In this document: one piece after another, positions 48,931 through 61,640 of the stretch
Position numbering within the stretch: the stretch's first letter is position 1
Layout of the letters: each line of letters opens with the position of its first letter
Origin: Mobula hypostoma
Lineage: Eukaryota
Direction of reading: 5' to 3'
Assembly (NCBI RefSeq): GCF_963921235.1
Contig: NC_086108.1
Location: forward strand, 68,698,001-68,762,000
DNA: 64,000 nt
Translations under genes and position numbers: made by a program
Notes under the pieces: generated by a model
Told to the model about the DNA's origin: nothing
Seen by the model: the letters and a program-made list of their open reading frames with translations, nothing else
Database searches by the model: none

Positions 48931-51399
48931 ATACTCACCAATCATGGATGCATGGAACAGGCCATACGACCAACCCTCTCACTTGCTGATAATTTCACTT
49001 CTCTTGTTTCACATCTAACCAATATGAAAACCTTTGATGACGTCTCTCAGCTTTATCCTTTATTATTTTAGGGGTAAGCAAGGAGATCAACTTCCTATGT
49101 ACCCCAAGCAGGGTTGGCCTATTTCCAGTTTCCACTCAAACAACAGTCACATTTCTTGAGTCTCCACTTCAATCATCTTACAGAGAGTTGGAATCAGAAT
49201 GAATTTCTAAATATCAGGCACAAGTTCTATTATTGGTGCACAGAGATTGTCAGAGATCTCAGAAGTGAGTCTCACTCAGCTAAAGTCTTCCCACCACTCA
49301 GCAGTTGCATCAGAAAATCTCCGCAGAACTGGTCTGCTGAAATCACAGCATCTCACAGACATAAGAGATTGTTCAGATGATGGCGATCTGGAGCAACACA
49401 CCAAAAATGCTGAAGGAACTCGGCAGTTCAGGCAGCATTCATGGAAAGGAACAAACAATCAATGTTTTGGGCTGAGAGCCTTCATTATTTGTGTGCATTG
49501 CTCACTGACACAAAGACTGTAAGATCCCTTTCTCAACAACATAATGAGGACTAGTATTGCTAGCAAACAAGTGACTGAAAGATGGCCAGATCAGTAATCA
49601 ACAAGTTACTCTACCAATCCAACCACCTTCCAACCAGTAACTAAAAGTATTTGCAGTCACTCCAGCAATTGCCAGCTGCTGGAATGGTTGAAGTGATACT
49701 TTACTTTTAGCTTTGACCACTATGATTTCATTTTATCTTTTCTTGCACACAGGAACAATTAACATCTCAAATTCTCTCCTTTCTAGTACTCCTTTCTTAT
49801 AGGTTCTCTTTGGATCAAGTTTGCACCCAAGTGCTTCAGTTTCTATGAGTTTATTTTGAACTTGATGACCAATGCAACATGTGCAGATTAAGTAGTTGAT
49901 GATATTGATCACTATTGCAAAGCTGATTGAACTTAAAAAATGCCAAATTGAGCAGTATCACCCATGTAACAGAAAAAATAGTATTTAGCAATGTAAAGAA
50001 CAATTTTACCCACATAACTAAATGCTACCTATGTTAAATAAAGCTATCTTCAATGATTTGCAGATTTATTTGAAATTGGTGCATTCCTACAACACTGATC
50101 TACATTCACAGTTTTCATAGGCACTTTTATTTGTTTTCTCTATGTAACTTCCTTCATTAATCTATCAATCAGACAGATTCCTAAATAACTCATCATCACA
50201 GCAAACTTGGCTTCAATTTACTGGAGATATTGCCTTTGCCTAATCCATCCCTCCTCATTTTTTCCTGCATGTTAACACTAACATTTTCTCTCATTCCCAA
50301 TTCCAACGAAGAGTATTTGATATGAAACACTAACTTAGTTTTACTTGTCCATAGACAATGCCTGACCGGAAGAAAATTTGCAGTATTTTATTTTGTTTCA
50401 GATTTCAGCTTTTTATGATTTTTTACATCTAGTTTTTTTTACATTTTCAATTGCTGTAATAATTTATATCAATTTAAATACATTTAAGTGAATCTACAGA
50501 AAGAGACCAAAAATGCATCAAAATGCAAATAGATTTCTCTGCAATTCAATCCTCTGTGGATGGCTAGCCTTAAAATAACTGGCCTCAGCATCTTAGAGGA
50601 AGGATAAACAAACCTATTTTGCTCCAAATATTACTCAGTAACTTTTGGTCCAAGGTGTACGTTTTGGCACAGAGCGAGAACAGGGCTGGATTTGTAATAA
50701 TCCTGCATTTACTAATATACACTTTTGAATAATTGCTTATTTAAAGCAGGAGACATAATTAGTTTTCTGCAGCCAGTTTTAGTGAAGGAAAATAAATGAG
50801 GTTTTTTTAAGAAGTGCCAAACAATAAGTCTCAGTACTGAGGGAAATTCATGTGGAAACTAATATTAAATGTCTTAACTTGTTATAGTGAGCATCATATC
50901 CATGAAGACACAATAGGTAACTAGGAAATGCTCCTTTTTAGTAGCTGCATTGGTTTCTCTTCCTCACCAAAGGGACCCCCAAAGATCTATCATTAACCCC
51001 CTGTTATATTCCAATTACAAAAATAATACTCAAGTCAATCTCATCCCCAGGTTTTGAACCCTCCACCACCTCCAAATTGTCAGACTGCTTCACCAATATG
51101 CAGCACTGGATGAAAGGAAATTTCCATTATTAGAATAGGACAGTTATTTTCTTTGGTTTTTCCATCAAAGTTCGTGCCCTGGCTATCAACTCCATCCTTG
51201 TCTAAACACAAGGCAGATGTGCGTGTGAGGGGGAGGGGGCTTTGGGATTCTAACGTTTTTCTGTCATTCATTCTTTGGGGTTTTCTTCTGTTTTGTGCAC
51301 ATCTGCAAAGAGCAAGAATTTCAGGTTGTATACTGTATACATTCTCTGATATTAAATGGAATTATTGAACTATTGAGATTTTTTGGAACTCTGAGCTTC

Positions 51400-51915
51400 A
51401 GGCCACATAGCACAGCCTTAATGAAGATTGCCTTTTTCCCCTTTTCTGTGAAATCACTCTGCTCTATCCTGCCTTAGCTTATCTGCTATCAAGATCCTCA
51501 TCCAGACTTTTTAAAAAAACGTCTTACTATTTCTTTATATCTCTACAGTCCTAGCTGTGTTCCACCATTCTAGCTTCTTTAAACATGCTTTCCAAAACCA
51601 TACTGCCCTCACTTACAGCCAATCTTTGCTCACTCATTACTCCTACTGTTTCTTGCTGCAAATAATCCTTCAATTTTTCATCTCTCCTTGGCCTTATGCC
51701 CCGTGTATCATTCGGCTCACCTTCAGTTTTGCAACTCTCCAAAATAACTATCCGTGTATCTCCAAGTGTGGCCTCCTGATCATTGCCAATTTTAACTGCT
51801 CCACCAATGTAGGCCATGCCTTCCACTGTCAGGACTCTAAATTCTAGAATTCCCTCTTGAAAATTTTCTAAATTTCCTTCAAGAAGCTGCTTAAAATCTA
51901 ACTCTTTGACCATTT
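51400..51915 (+). mobile_element. Old L2-type LINE 3' remnant
   Basis: catgccttccactgtcaggactctaaattctagaattccct...ttcaagaagctgcttaaaatctaactctttgac resembles an L2 ORF2 C-terminus. Confidence 0.5.
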
Positions 51916-52871
51916 ATCTATTATGCCAATTCCTGCATACCAACCACTGATTATTCATGTCAAACCAATTCAAAGGGAGATAAAGACCTGGCCAGAAGGA
52001 GCAACCTCAGCAGTACAGGACTATTTTGAAAACACAAACATGTTCAGGGCAGCAGCTACATATGGCCATCATATTAACATTGATGAATATGCGAGATCTG
52101 TGACAGAAATATAGAAACATAGCAAACTTACAGCACAATACAGGCCCTTCGACCCACAAGACTGTGCTGAACAGGGTACATAGAAAAGTGCATTGAGGAC
52201 ATCACTGTTATTAAACATATCAATGTGAGGGCAAATCAGAAGGTAAATGTCTGAGCACAGCCGAGAGATCAGATGCTGCCTCAGGCTTCAAGGCAGCCAC
52301 CCATCATCCCAGTTCCCAAGAAGGTGACAGTAATCTGCCTTATGACTACCGTCCAGTCCCAATGACCTCAACAATAATGAAGCGCTTTGAGTGGATGGTT
52401 ATGAATTACATTAAATCCCATCTTCCTACTACATTGGATCCTTTCCAGTTCACTTATTATTCAAATCAGTCCACTGATGATGCCATAGCCTCTGTACTGC
52501 ACTTCATCCTTTCCCACCTGGAAATATATGCCTTGTATGCCAGAAAGCTGCTTACTGTCTTCAACTCGGTATTGAATATGATCATATCTCAGAAGCTCCC
52601 TGGCCTTCAGCATTATCATGGAAAAGGATAGAATCAGAGAGGACAAGAAAATTTTTAGTTGAGGAAGGGCAAATTATGAGGCTATAAGCAATGTTCCCTC
52701 TAATTTTTAGTAGTCAGTGTGCGCAAAAATCTTATGTTCTGTAATTTTTTTTCCTGTGACAAAAATATGTGCGCACTGAATGTACACATGGGACAGTTTA
52801 TGTAGGTTTACAAAATAGTTGACATAAAACTGCACAGAATAACAACAAAATAACATACATATTTAAGTCAC

Positions 52872-53375
52872 ACACACAAAAAATGCTGGTGAACACAACA
52901 GGCCAGGCAGCATCTATAGGAAGAGGTACAGTCGACGTTTCGGGCCGAGACCCTTCGTCAGGACTAACGGAAAGAAGAGATAGCAAGAGATTTGAAAGTG
53001 GGAGGGGGAGGGGGAGATCCGAAATAACAGAAGACAGGAGGGGGAGGGATGGAGCGAAGAGTTGGAAAGTTGATTGGCAAAAGGGATACGAGGCTGGAGA
53101 AGGGAGAGGATCATTGGACGGGAGGCCCAGGGAGAAAGGGGGGGGGGAAGCCCAGAGGATGGGCAAGGAGTTATAGTGAGAGGGACAGAGGGAGAAAAAA
53201 GGGGAAAGGAAAAAAAAAAATCATAATAAATAAATAAATAAATAAATAGATAGATAGATAGATAGATAGATAAATAAATAAATAAAGGATGGGGTATGAA
53301 GGGGAGGAGGGGCATTAATGGAAGTTAGAGAAGTCAATGTTCATGCCATCAGGTTGGAGATATTTAATTATATCG
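52872..53375 (-). mobile_element. Penelope-like 3' fragment/pLTR nested in the hAT
   Basis: Highly similar to 27840-28280; flanking tatttaagtcac / tatttaggtcac; contains a (TAAA)n(TAGA)n microsatellite at about 53225-53286. Confidence 0.88.
52930..52965 (-). ncRNA. Minimal type I hammerhead ribozyme motif
   Basis: AGUC-CUGACGA-A-GGGUCUCGGCCC-GAAA-CGUC^GACU on the minus strand. Confidence 0.75.
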
Positions 53376-56300
53376 TATTTAGGTCACTCAGTTATTTTTT
53401 CTCTCTCCTGTCTTTGGCATTTACCCATTCTTTGTAAACTCTATCTCGACTAATAGAACTCTTATCCCATTGATAGCTTTTGATTCTCATTAACATACCC
53501 AAATGACATTCACCTAAACGGTTTCTCAGCTTGTTTTTGAGTTGATTCGTTTGGCTAAAACCTCGTCCACAGTCCGCACTAGACACAAGAAAGGTTTCCC
53601 CAATGTCCATCAACTGTGCAAGGTTGCAAAACTGTTCATTTTGAAGTACAAATGCCACCATTTGAGCAAAGTTTGAAGTCGGTTTGGATTTAATTTTTTC
53701 TTGCACGGAAAATCTGAAATCATTAAACTGTCTAACTGTTACAATATTTTCAGCTAGAAAATCATAATATTTTAGACATAAGGCATTAACTTGTTCATCG
53801 CTAAATGTGAAGTCACAATCTGCAATTGTGGAGAAATCAAAAGCTGACCATTATTGTACCTCAACTTTGATCTCCTCTGAGTTTGATCGTTTTCATTCTC
53901 GCTCATCTGCACTCAACCGTAACATGCGTAGCACTCCTGTAACGGGTAATGACTGGTTCTGTTGCCTGAGCTTTTGTACACCGCCCAAATGTGATTTACT
54001 TGCCAAATGACACTTCAAAAAGTCAAGTTTCCAAATATCATCCCACTTCTTTTCACTAGCAAATTCTCCAGCAACTTTCGCATCTCCACAATACAAACAG
54101 GTAACTCCAGTTTCCGAATCAAACATAAATATTTCTCGTAGCTGAACATTCATGACCTCATGAGCTTTCGGTGTAACAGTTTCTACTATTTTGTTAAGCC
54201 ATTCAACTTTAAACAAATTTGCAGTTCTTTTGCGCTTCGCGCCCTTCGCTTCTTTTGAATTCGACATAGTGAATCAATATTTTTTCCAATAAAAACTTAG
54301 TAAGCTATCTACAGGATTTGAAACAGATCTTTGTAAACTTTACGATATGAACACTGTCCGCCAAACATGGCTGTTGCCGTGAGGCAGCTTTACAAACCGG
54401 AACAGGATAGGTGAAGTGATGTAAATTAGTGACGTTCATTGTGGTATTTGAAAAACTGACTAACTAGTTAACAGAAACAGTTAGCTGAAAGATTATTTTC
54501 AATAAGTATAATTATTAACTACTACATTATTTTAGGAAACTAACCTTTTGTGCGCACATTAATTTCCTTTGTGCGCTCGTTGAAAAACGCGTGTGCGCGC
54601 ACACACGCGCGCACAGCTTAAAGGGAACTATGGCTATAAGGCTAGAACTTGCGGGTGTGAGTTGGGATGATGTTTTTGCAGCGAAATGTACTATGGACAT
54701 GTGGTCGATGTTTAGGGATCTCTTGCAGGATGTTAGGAATAAATTTGTCCCAGTGAGGAAGATAAAGAATAGTAGGGTGAAGGAACCATGGGTGAAAAAT
54801 GAGGTGGAATATCTAGTCAGGTGGAAGAAGGCAGCATTCATGAGGTTTAGGAAGCAACGATAGGGTAGCAAGAAAGGAGCTTAAGAAGGGGCTGAGGAGA
54901 GCAAGAAGGGGGCATGGGAAGGCCTTGGTGAGTAGGGTAAAGGAAAACCCCAAGGCATTCTTCAATTATGTGAAGAAGAAAAGAATGACAGGAGTGAAGG
55001 TAGGACCGATTAGAGATAAAGGTGGGAAGACGTGCCTGGAGGCTGTGGAAGTGAGCGAGGTCCTCAATGAATACTTCTCTTCGGTATTCACCAAAGAGAA
55101 GGAACTTGAGGATGGTGAGGACAATATGAGTGAGGTTGATGTTCTGGAGCATGTTGATATTAAGGGAGAGGAGGCATTGCAGTTGTTAAAATACATTAGG
55201 ATGGATAAGTCCCCAGGGCCTGATGGAATATTCCCCAGGCAGCTCCAGGCGAGGGAAGAGATTGCTGAGCCTCTGGCTAGGATCTTTATGTCCTTGTTGT
55301 CCATGGAAATGGTACTGGAGGATTCGAGGGAGGAAAATGTTGTCCCCTTGTTCAAAAAAGGTAGTAGGGATAGTCCGGGTAATTATAGACCAGTGAGCTT
55401 ATGTCTGTGGTGGGAAAGCTGTTGGAAAAGATTCTTAGAGATAGGATCTATGGGCATTTAGAGAATCATGGTCTGATCAGGGACAGTCAGCATGGCTTTG
55501 TGAAGGGCAGATCATGTCTAACAAGCCTGATAGAGTTCTTTGAGGAGGTGACCAGCCATATAGATGAGGGTAGTGCAGTGGATGTGATCTACATGGATTT
55601 TAGTAAGGCATTTGACAAGCTTCCACACGGTAGGCTTATTCAGAAAGTCAGAAGGCATGGGATCCAGGGAAGTTTGGCCAGGTGGATTCAGAATTGGCTT
55701 GCCTGCAGAAAGCAGAGGGTCGTGGTAGAGGGAGTACATTCGGATTGGAAAATTGTGACTAGGGGTGTCCCACAAGGATCGGTTCTGGGACCTCTACTTT
55801 TCGTGATTTTTATTAACGACCTGGATGTGGGGGTAGAAGGATGGGTTGGCAAGTTTGCAGACGACACAAAGGTTGGTGGTGTTGTGGATAGTGTAGAGGA
55901 TTGTCAAAGATTGCAGAGAGACATTGATAGGTTGCAGAAGTGGGCTGAGAAGTGGCAGATGGAGTTCAACCCGGAGAAGTGTGAGGTGGTACACTTTGGA
56001 AGGACAAACTCCAAGGCAGAGTACAAGGTAAATGGCAGGATATTTGGTAGTGTGGAGGAGCAGAGGGATCTGGGGGTACATGTCCACAGACCCCTGAAAG
56101 TTGCCTCACAGGTAGATAGGGTAGTTAAGAAAGCTTATGGGGTGTTAGCCTTCATAAGTCGAGGGATAGAGTTTAAGAGTTGCGAGGTAATAATGCAGCT
56201 CTATAAAACTCTGGTTAGGCCGCACTTGGAGTACTGTGTCCAGTTCTGGTCGCCTCACTACAGGAAGGATGTGGAAGCATCGGAAAGGGTACAGAGGAGA

Positions 56301-58012
56301 TTTACCAGGATGCTGCCTGGTTTAGAGAGTATGCATTACGATCAGATATCATTATCATCAGAGGGAGCTAGGGCTTTACTCTTTGGAGAGGAGCAGAATG
56401 AGAGGAAACATGATAGAGATATACAAGATACTAAGAGGAATAGATAGAGTGGACAGCCAGTGCCTCTTCCCCAGGGCACCACTGCTCAATACAAGAGGAC
56501 ATGGCTTTAAGATAAGGGGTGGGAAGTTCATGGGGATATTAGAGCAAGGTTTTTTACTCAGAGTGTGGTTGGTGCCTGGAATGCACTGCCTGAGTCAGTG
56601 GTGGAGGCAGATACACTAGTGAAATTTAAGAAACTACTAGACAGGTATATGGAGGAATTTAAGGTGGGGGCTTATATGGGAGGCAGGGTTTAAGGGTCGG
56701 TACAACATTGTGGGCCGAAGGGCCTGTACTGTGCTGTACAATTCTATGTTCTATAAGCTGGTGAGTAAACTGCCCTCATTGCTTCTCAACACCTCTCTAT
56801 AACTGTATCCTGGCTTCTTGATGGAAAGACCACAGTCAGTCCATGCTGGCAAAAACACTTCTAGTTCCATCACGCTGTGCACTGCTGCTACCCAGGGATG
56901 CATGCTCAGTTTGTTGCTGATGCATTACGACACAGTCAGATCCAGTTCGAATCAAATTATCAAATTTGCTGATGACACAACAGTGGTTGTCTTCATCAAC
57001 AAGGACAATGAGACAGCATACAGAGAGGAGATCGAGCGGCTGGTCGAATAGTGTGAGCACAACTTAAGACTCAACGTGGATAAGACCAAAGCATGATTAT
57101 GGACTTTAGGAAGGTGTAGTCTGACCACTCTTCACTGCGCTTACATGGCTCCTCCATAGAGAGAGTTAGGAGTACCAAGTTTCTGGGGATTATCTCACCT
57201 GGTCCCTCACAACCACCTCTTTGATCAAGAAAGCATAACAGCATCTCCACTTCCTGAGGAGATTGAAGTGAGTGAGACTCCCTTCCTATTTTAACCAACT
57301 TTTACAGGAGCACCATCAAGAGTGCCCTGACTAACTGCATCACCAACTGGTATGGGAAATACAAGGCATCTGACCACAAGTCCCTACAAAGGATTATGAT
57401 GACTACTGAGACGGTCATCAGAGTCTCTCTTCTACCCATTAGAGATATTTATCAGGAGTGCTGCGTAAACAGGGCCTTTAGCATTGCCAATGATCCCTCT
57501 GACCCCCTACCTTTGTGCAGGAGGACCATAGCATTGGGCCAAGAACCAGTAAAGTGGGAAACAACTAGTAAAATGGGAAACAGCTTCGGCTCCCAGTTCG
57601 TAAGACTACTGAATTCCCTGCTATCACGTATGAATCTCATCATATGGTCTCATCACATATGAAGTGCCAGTAGTATTATACTGTTTACTTCTGAATTTGT
57701 ATTGCATATGTACCTGAGTATTTGTTAATTTATTTGCAGTAATTTTACTTTATGCACTATGTATGAGCTATACTGTGTTGTGCACCTTGGTCCAGAGCAA
57801 TGTTGTTTCACTTGGGGTATACATGTGTACAACTGAATGACAGTAAACTGAACGAACTTGAACAAGACTTTGGCCACTTGCACTATTATTCCAGGGCAGA
57901 TAAAGTTTGTTGTCAATGCTCCTATGAAGCAACTTTTGATGTTTTGCTATATTAAAAGTCCCGAAAATACAAACTGTTGTTTAAAATATGACATTCTCAG
58001 TTTTTTTTTTAC

Positions 58013-58101
58013 CTCATCCCTTATATCCTCTTGTTGTTGAGCTGCAAAGATCTCCGTGGCATTCATCAGCCGCATCATTAAATCATCTACTGTTGTGTTA
58101 C
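58013..58101 (-). CDS. FAF1: FAF1 exon (end of UAS domain, 89 bp)
   Basis: Acceptor tgttgctag|GT AAC ACA; donor GAT GAG|gtaaaa. Encodes (G)NTTVDDLMMRLMNATEIFAAQQQEDIRDE; phase matches the previous exon. Confidence 0.95.
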
Positions 58102-58534
58102 CTAGCAACAAAGGAACACAATTGAGCTTTAAGTTATTAAGATTACTGAATGTTTGATAGAGGGAAGCAATTCCAGCTTTCATTAGAAAAGCATTAACAA
58201 GTGGCACTGTTAAAAAGGGTATGAATTCAAGATTAGACTGAATAGATTCCTTTTGAGTACCAACATAGCATTTTTAAATCATATACTTGCACTGACTTGC
58301 TTCTTACAACTAAAGGAAGAACAATTTGGAGGGATTAGGCACTATGGTGAAAATCTTGAAAAGATAAACTTAGCATGGAGCACTTTGACATGCAATTTAA
58401 TGACATAGATACTTGACAAAAAAGGCACCTTATTCAAATGTTGTCATGGATCCATATAAGAATGAACATGTTTAAAAACTGATGGCTTTTATGCAAGTTG
58501 TATCCAAAAATATCAGTCTTGTTCTTGAAATTAC

Positions 58535-58671
58535 CTTGAATCACATTCAAAACTTCATTTGATGATCTTTTTCCCATTATAATAAGTAGAAGTGGAAATT
58601 GATCTGTTTTATATGTCCGAATTGTCTGTGCCACAACACTTCCAAAATGCCTTGTGCACATGCTCAAAATC
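58535..58671 (-). CDS. FAF1: FAF1 exon (UAS domain, 137 bp)
   Basis: Acceptor ttcctacag|G ATT TTG AGC; donor ATT CAA G|gtaa. Encodes (R)ILSMCTRHFGSVVAQTIRTYKTDQFPLLLIIMGKRSSNEVLNVIQ(G). Confidence 0.95.
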
Positions 58672-58944
58672 CTGTAGGAAGAGGCAAAAGCAGTTAGGTC
58701 AAGTAATGCATTCAAAGATGACCTCTGATCTAATGAAAAGGCTGAAAATTCATTTTGCAATGAATTACAATTAGTCTAAATATTATTTTATCCAAATAGG
58801 CTTTGAAAAGAGTCTTTTTGTCATACAAAGTTGGCATGAAATTTGTAAGATTCTACGCTATAATTAGAATTCCTTCGCTACCATCACTTTACATATGTTG
58901 CAATTGATTTCTTTCCTGTTGTACTGTGGACCAGTAAAATACAA

Positions 58945-59196
58945 TAGGGTAAGTTTAAAAGAAGTGAGCAGGGGTAGTTGGCACATTTTGCACATCACAA
59001 TCCTATGGAGACACCAGACTGCATAAAGGGGGAGAAAGTTTAAAGGAAGTGAGCAGGGACAGTTGGGACACTTTGCTTGCCACAATCCCAAGGAGACATC
59101 GGATTGTGTAGAGGGGGAGAGTTTAAAAGAGGTGAGCGGGAGCAGATGACAAATTTTGCACACCACAGTCCCTGAGAAGACATTGGATTGCACATA
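58945..59196 (+). repeat. Diverged tandem repeat, about 84-bp unit x3
   Basis: agtttaaaagaagtgagc...cacaatcc...gagaca recurs at 58952, 59037 and 59120. Confidence 0.8.
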
Positions 59197-59289
59197 ATTG
59201 ATCACTTGGCAGGACCCAAAAAAAGAATTTGGTTTAAGCGAGGGGCCATTGTTAGTGTGGAGATATGAGGATTTGGCTCATCCCTTGAA

Positions 59290-60792
59290 CCCTGTAGGAG
59301 GCTAGTGCAGACATTGCAAGGGCCCTAGCAGAGATATTTGAAACATCCTTTGCCATGGGTGAGGTGCCAGAAGATTAGAGAATAGTCAATGTTGTTTTGT
59401 TGTTTAAAAAAGGCTCTAAGAATAAGCCAGGAAATTATAAACTGGTTAACCTGACATCAATAGTGGGAAAGTTATTGGAAGGTATTCTAAAGGATCAGAT
59501 ACATAAGTATTTGGATAAACAAGGACTGATTAGGGATAGTCAACAAGGCTTTGTGCATGGTAAGTCGTGTCTAACCGATCTTATAGAGTTTTTTTGAAGT
59601 CGTAACCAGGAAAGTTAATGAAAGTTAAGAAGGATGTTATCTACATGGACTTAGCGAGGTCTTTGACAAGGTCCTGCATGGGAGGCTGGTCAAAAAGATT
59701 CAGTCGCTTGGTGTTCAAGACAAAGTAGTTATTTGGATTAGATATTTGCTTTGCGGAAGAGGGCACAGAAAGGTTGTAGATGGTTGTCTCTCTGACTGGA
59801 GGCCCGTGACTAATGGTGTACCGCATGGATTGGTCCTTTGTTATTCATCATCTATATCAATGGTCTGGATGATAATGTGGCAAATTGGATCAGCAAATTT
59901 GCTGATGATACCAAGGTTGGGGGTGTAGTGGACAGCGAGGAAGATTATCAAAGCTTGCAGCAGGATCTGGACCGGCTGGAAAAATGGCTGAACAATGGCA
60001 GATGGAATTTAATGTAGACAAGTGTGAGCTGTTGCACTTTGGGAAGCCCAGCCATGGTAGTTCTTACATGGTAAGCAGCAGGGCACTTACAAGTGTGGTG
60101 GAACAGAGGGATCTGGGAATATAGATCCATAATTCCTTGAAATGGTGTCACAGTTAGATAGGGTCATAAAGAAAACTTCTGGCACAATAGCCTTCATAAA
60201 TCAATATACTGAGTACAGTAGTTGGGATGTTATGTTGAAATTGTATAAGACGTTGATGAGGGCCAATTTTTAGTATTGTGTCCAGTTTTAGTCACCTACC
60301 TACAGGAAATATGTAAATGATTGATAGAGTACAGAGAAAGTTTACAAGAATGTTGTTGGGACTTGAAGACTTTAGTTAAAAGAAAAGGTTGAATAGGTTA
60401 GGAATTAATTCCCTCTAACGTAGATGATTGAGGGTTGATTTGATAGAAGTTTATAAAATTATGAGGGGTATAGGTAGGGCAAATGCAAGCAGGCTTTTTC
60501 CACGGAGGTGGGTGCGACTACAGATAGAGGTCATGGATTAAGAATGATAGGTAAAATGCTTAAAGGGAACGTGAAGGGGAACTTTTTCACTCAGAGGATC
60601 AAGCTGCCAGCACAAGAGGTGATTGTGGGGTCAATTTCAACATTTAAGAGACATTTCGATAGGTACATGGATGGGAGGGGTATGGAGGGCTGTGGTCCAG
60701 GTGCAGGTCAATGGGACTAGGCTGATTAATGGTTTGGCATGGATGAGCTAGGTCAAAGGAACTCTTTCTGTGCTGCAGTGTTCTATAACTAT
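59290..60792 (+). mobile_element. Decayed CR1 RT/3' fragment
   Basis: LFKKGSKNKPGNYKLVNLTSIVGKLLE, QQGFVHGKSCLTDLIEFF, FADDTK. Confidence 0.9.
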
Positions 60793-60849
60793 GACAACAA
60801 CACTGAGTTTCGTAAAATTACTGAGTGAAATTTAAAAAGATGTTCATCT

Positions 60850-61640
60850 AAAACATGGAACCAGGATAGCACAGGAACAAGCGCTTTGACCCACAATGTC
60901 TGTGCCCACCATGATGCCAATTTAAACTAATCCCATCTGCCATCATCTATATCCCCGCATTCACTGCCTGTTCATGCACCTGTCTCCTAAATGTTGCAGT
61001 TATGTCTGCTTCCACTACCTCTCTTGGCAGCATGTTCCAGGTAAACAGCACTCCCTGTGCAGAAAGAAATTGCAAATCTCCTTTAAAACTTTCTCCCTTA
61101 AATCTATGCCCTCTAGCATTTGACATTTCCACCCTGGAAAAGGAGACTTTAACCATCCACCCTACCATTTCTTCACATTATTTTACATACTGTACGTCTA
61201 TCAGGTCACCTCTCAGCCTCTGATGCTCCAGGATTAGCTTTAACCTCTCCTTTGAACTAATACTCTCTAATCCAGGGAAACCTCCTAGTGGATCTCTTCT
61301 GTACTCTCTTCAACACCTCTGCATTCTTCTTTTAATGCAGCAACTAGAACTGCACACAATACTTCAAGTTGCAATATGCCTTCCTAAGCTTTACACTCAA
61401 CACCCTGACCATTGGAGACAAGCAGTCATTATACTCTCTTAGGAAACCTACCGAATTGTGTTGCTACTTTCAAGGAGTCATGAACTTGAACACAATAAAT
61501 TTCTGCACATCAATATTCTTAAAGGCCCTATCATTTATTTTGCATGTTGCTCTTCCACTTGACCTCCCAAAGTGCAAGATTTCACACTTGTCTGGATTAA
61601 ACTCCATTTGCCATTTCTTCATCTAGCATTCTACTATATA
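60850..61640 (-). mobile_element. Decayed CR1 3' fragment
   Basis: NARGHRFK, WNMLPREVVEAD; CR1 tail near 60860. Confidence 0.75.

Larger units (their letters stand above)
52689..54632 (-). mobile_element. hAT transposon (Tip100-like), internally deleted
   Basis: Perfect TSD gctataag (52681-52688 / 54633-54640); TIRs caatgttccctctaa / ttaaagggaactatg. Zn finger CLYC...HLASKSH; dimerisation-domain VSSADCGRGFSQTNQLKNKLRNRL. Confidence 0.88.
52598..56754 (+). mobile_element. Relatively young CR1 LINE (EN C-terminus to 3' end), interrupted by hAT
   Basis: 348-aa uninterrupted RT ORF 55401-56447; aagct duplication (52593-52597 / 56755-56759); tail ttctatgttctat. Confidence 0.93.
51920..57860 (+). 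mobile_element. Rex1/Babar LINE (51920-52597 + 56755-57860) split by CR1
   Basis: DYRPVPMTSTIMKRFE, LDPFQF, NMIISQKL|VSKL across the insertion; KFADDTTVV. Confidence 0.85.
2024..58671 (-). other. FAF1: Partial FAF1 gene body (Fas-associated factor 1, UAS-UBX p97 adaptor): 5 internal coding exons and 4 complete introns
   Basis: The exons splice in frame to ILSMCTRHFGSVVAQTIRTYKTDQFPLLLIIMGKRSSNEVLNVIQ-GNTTVDDLMMRL...DIRDE-DEREARE...DRAK-REAQERE...EEERE-AIRLSLEQ...FPRRD, which I recognise as the vertebrate FAF1 C-terminal region. All boundaries are GT-AG. Confidence 0.96.

Noticed and set aside
58945..59196. CRISPR-like array
   Set aside because: The units are similar along their whole length, with no unique spacers and no cas genes.
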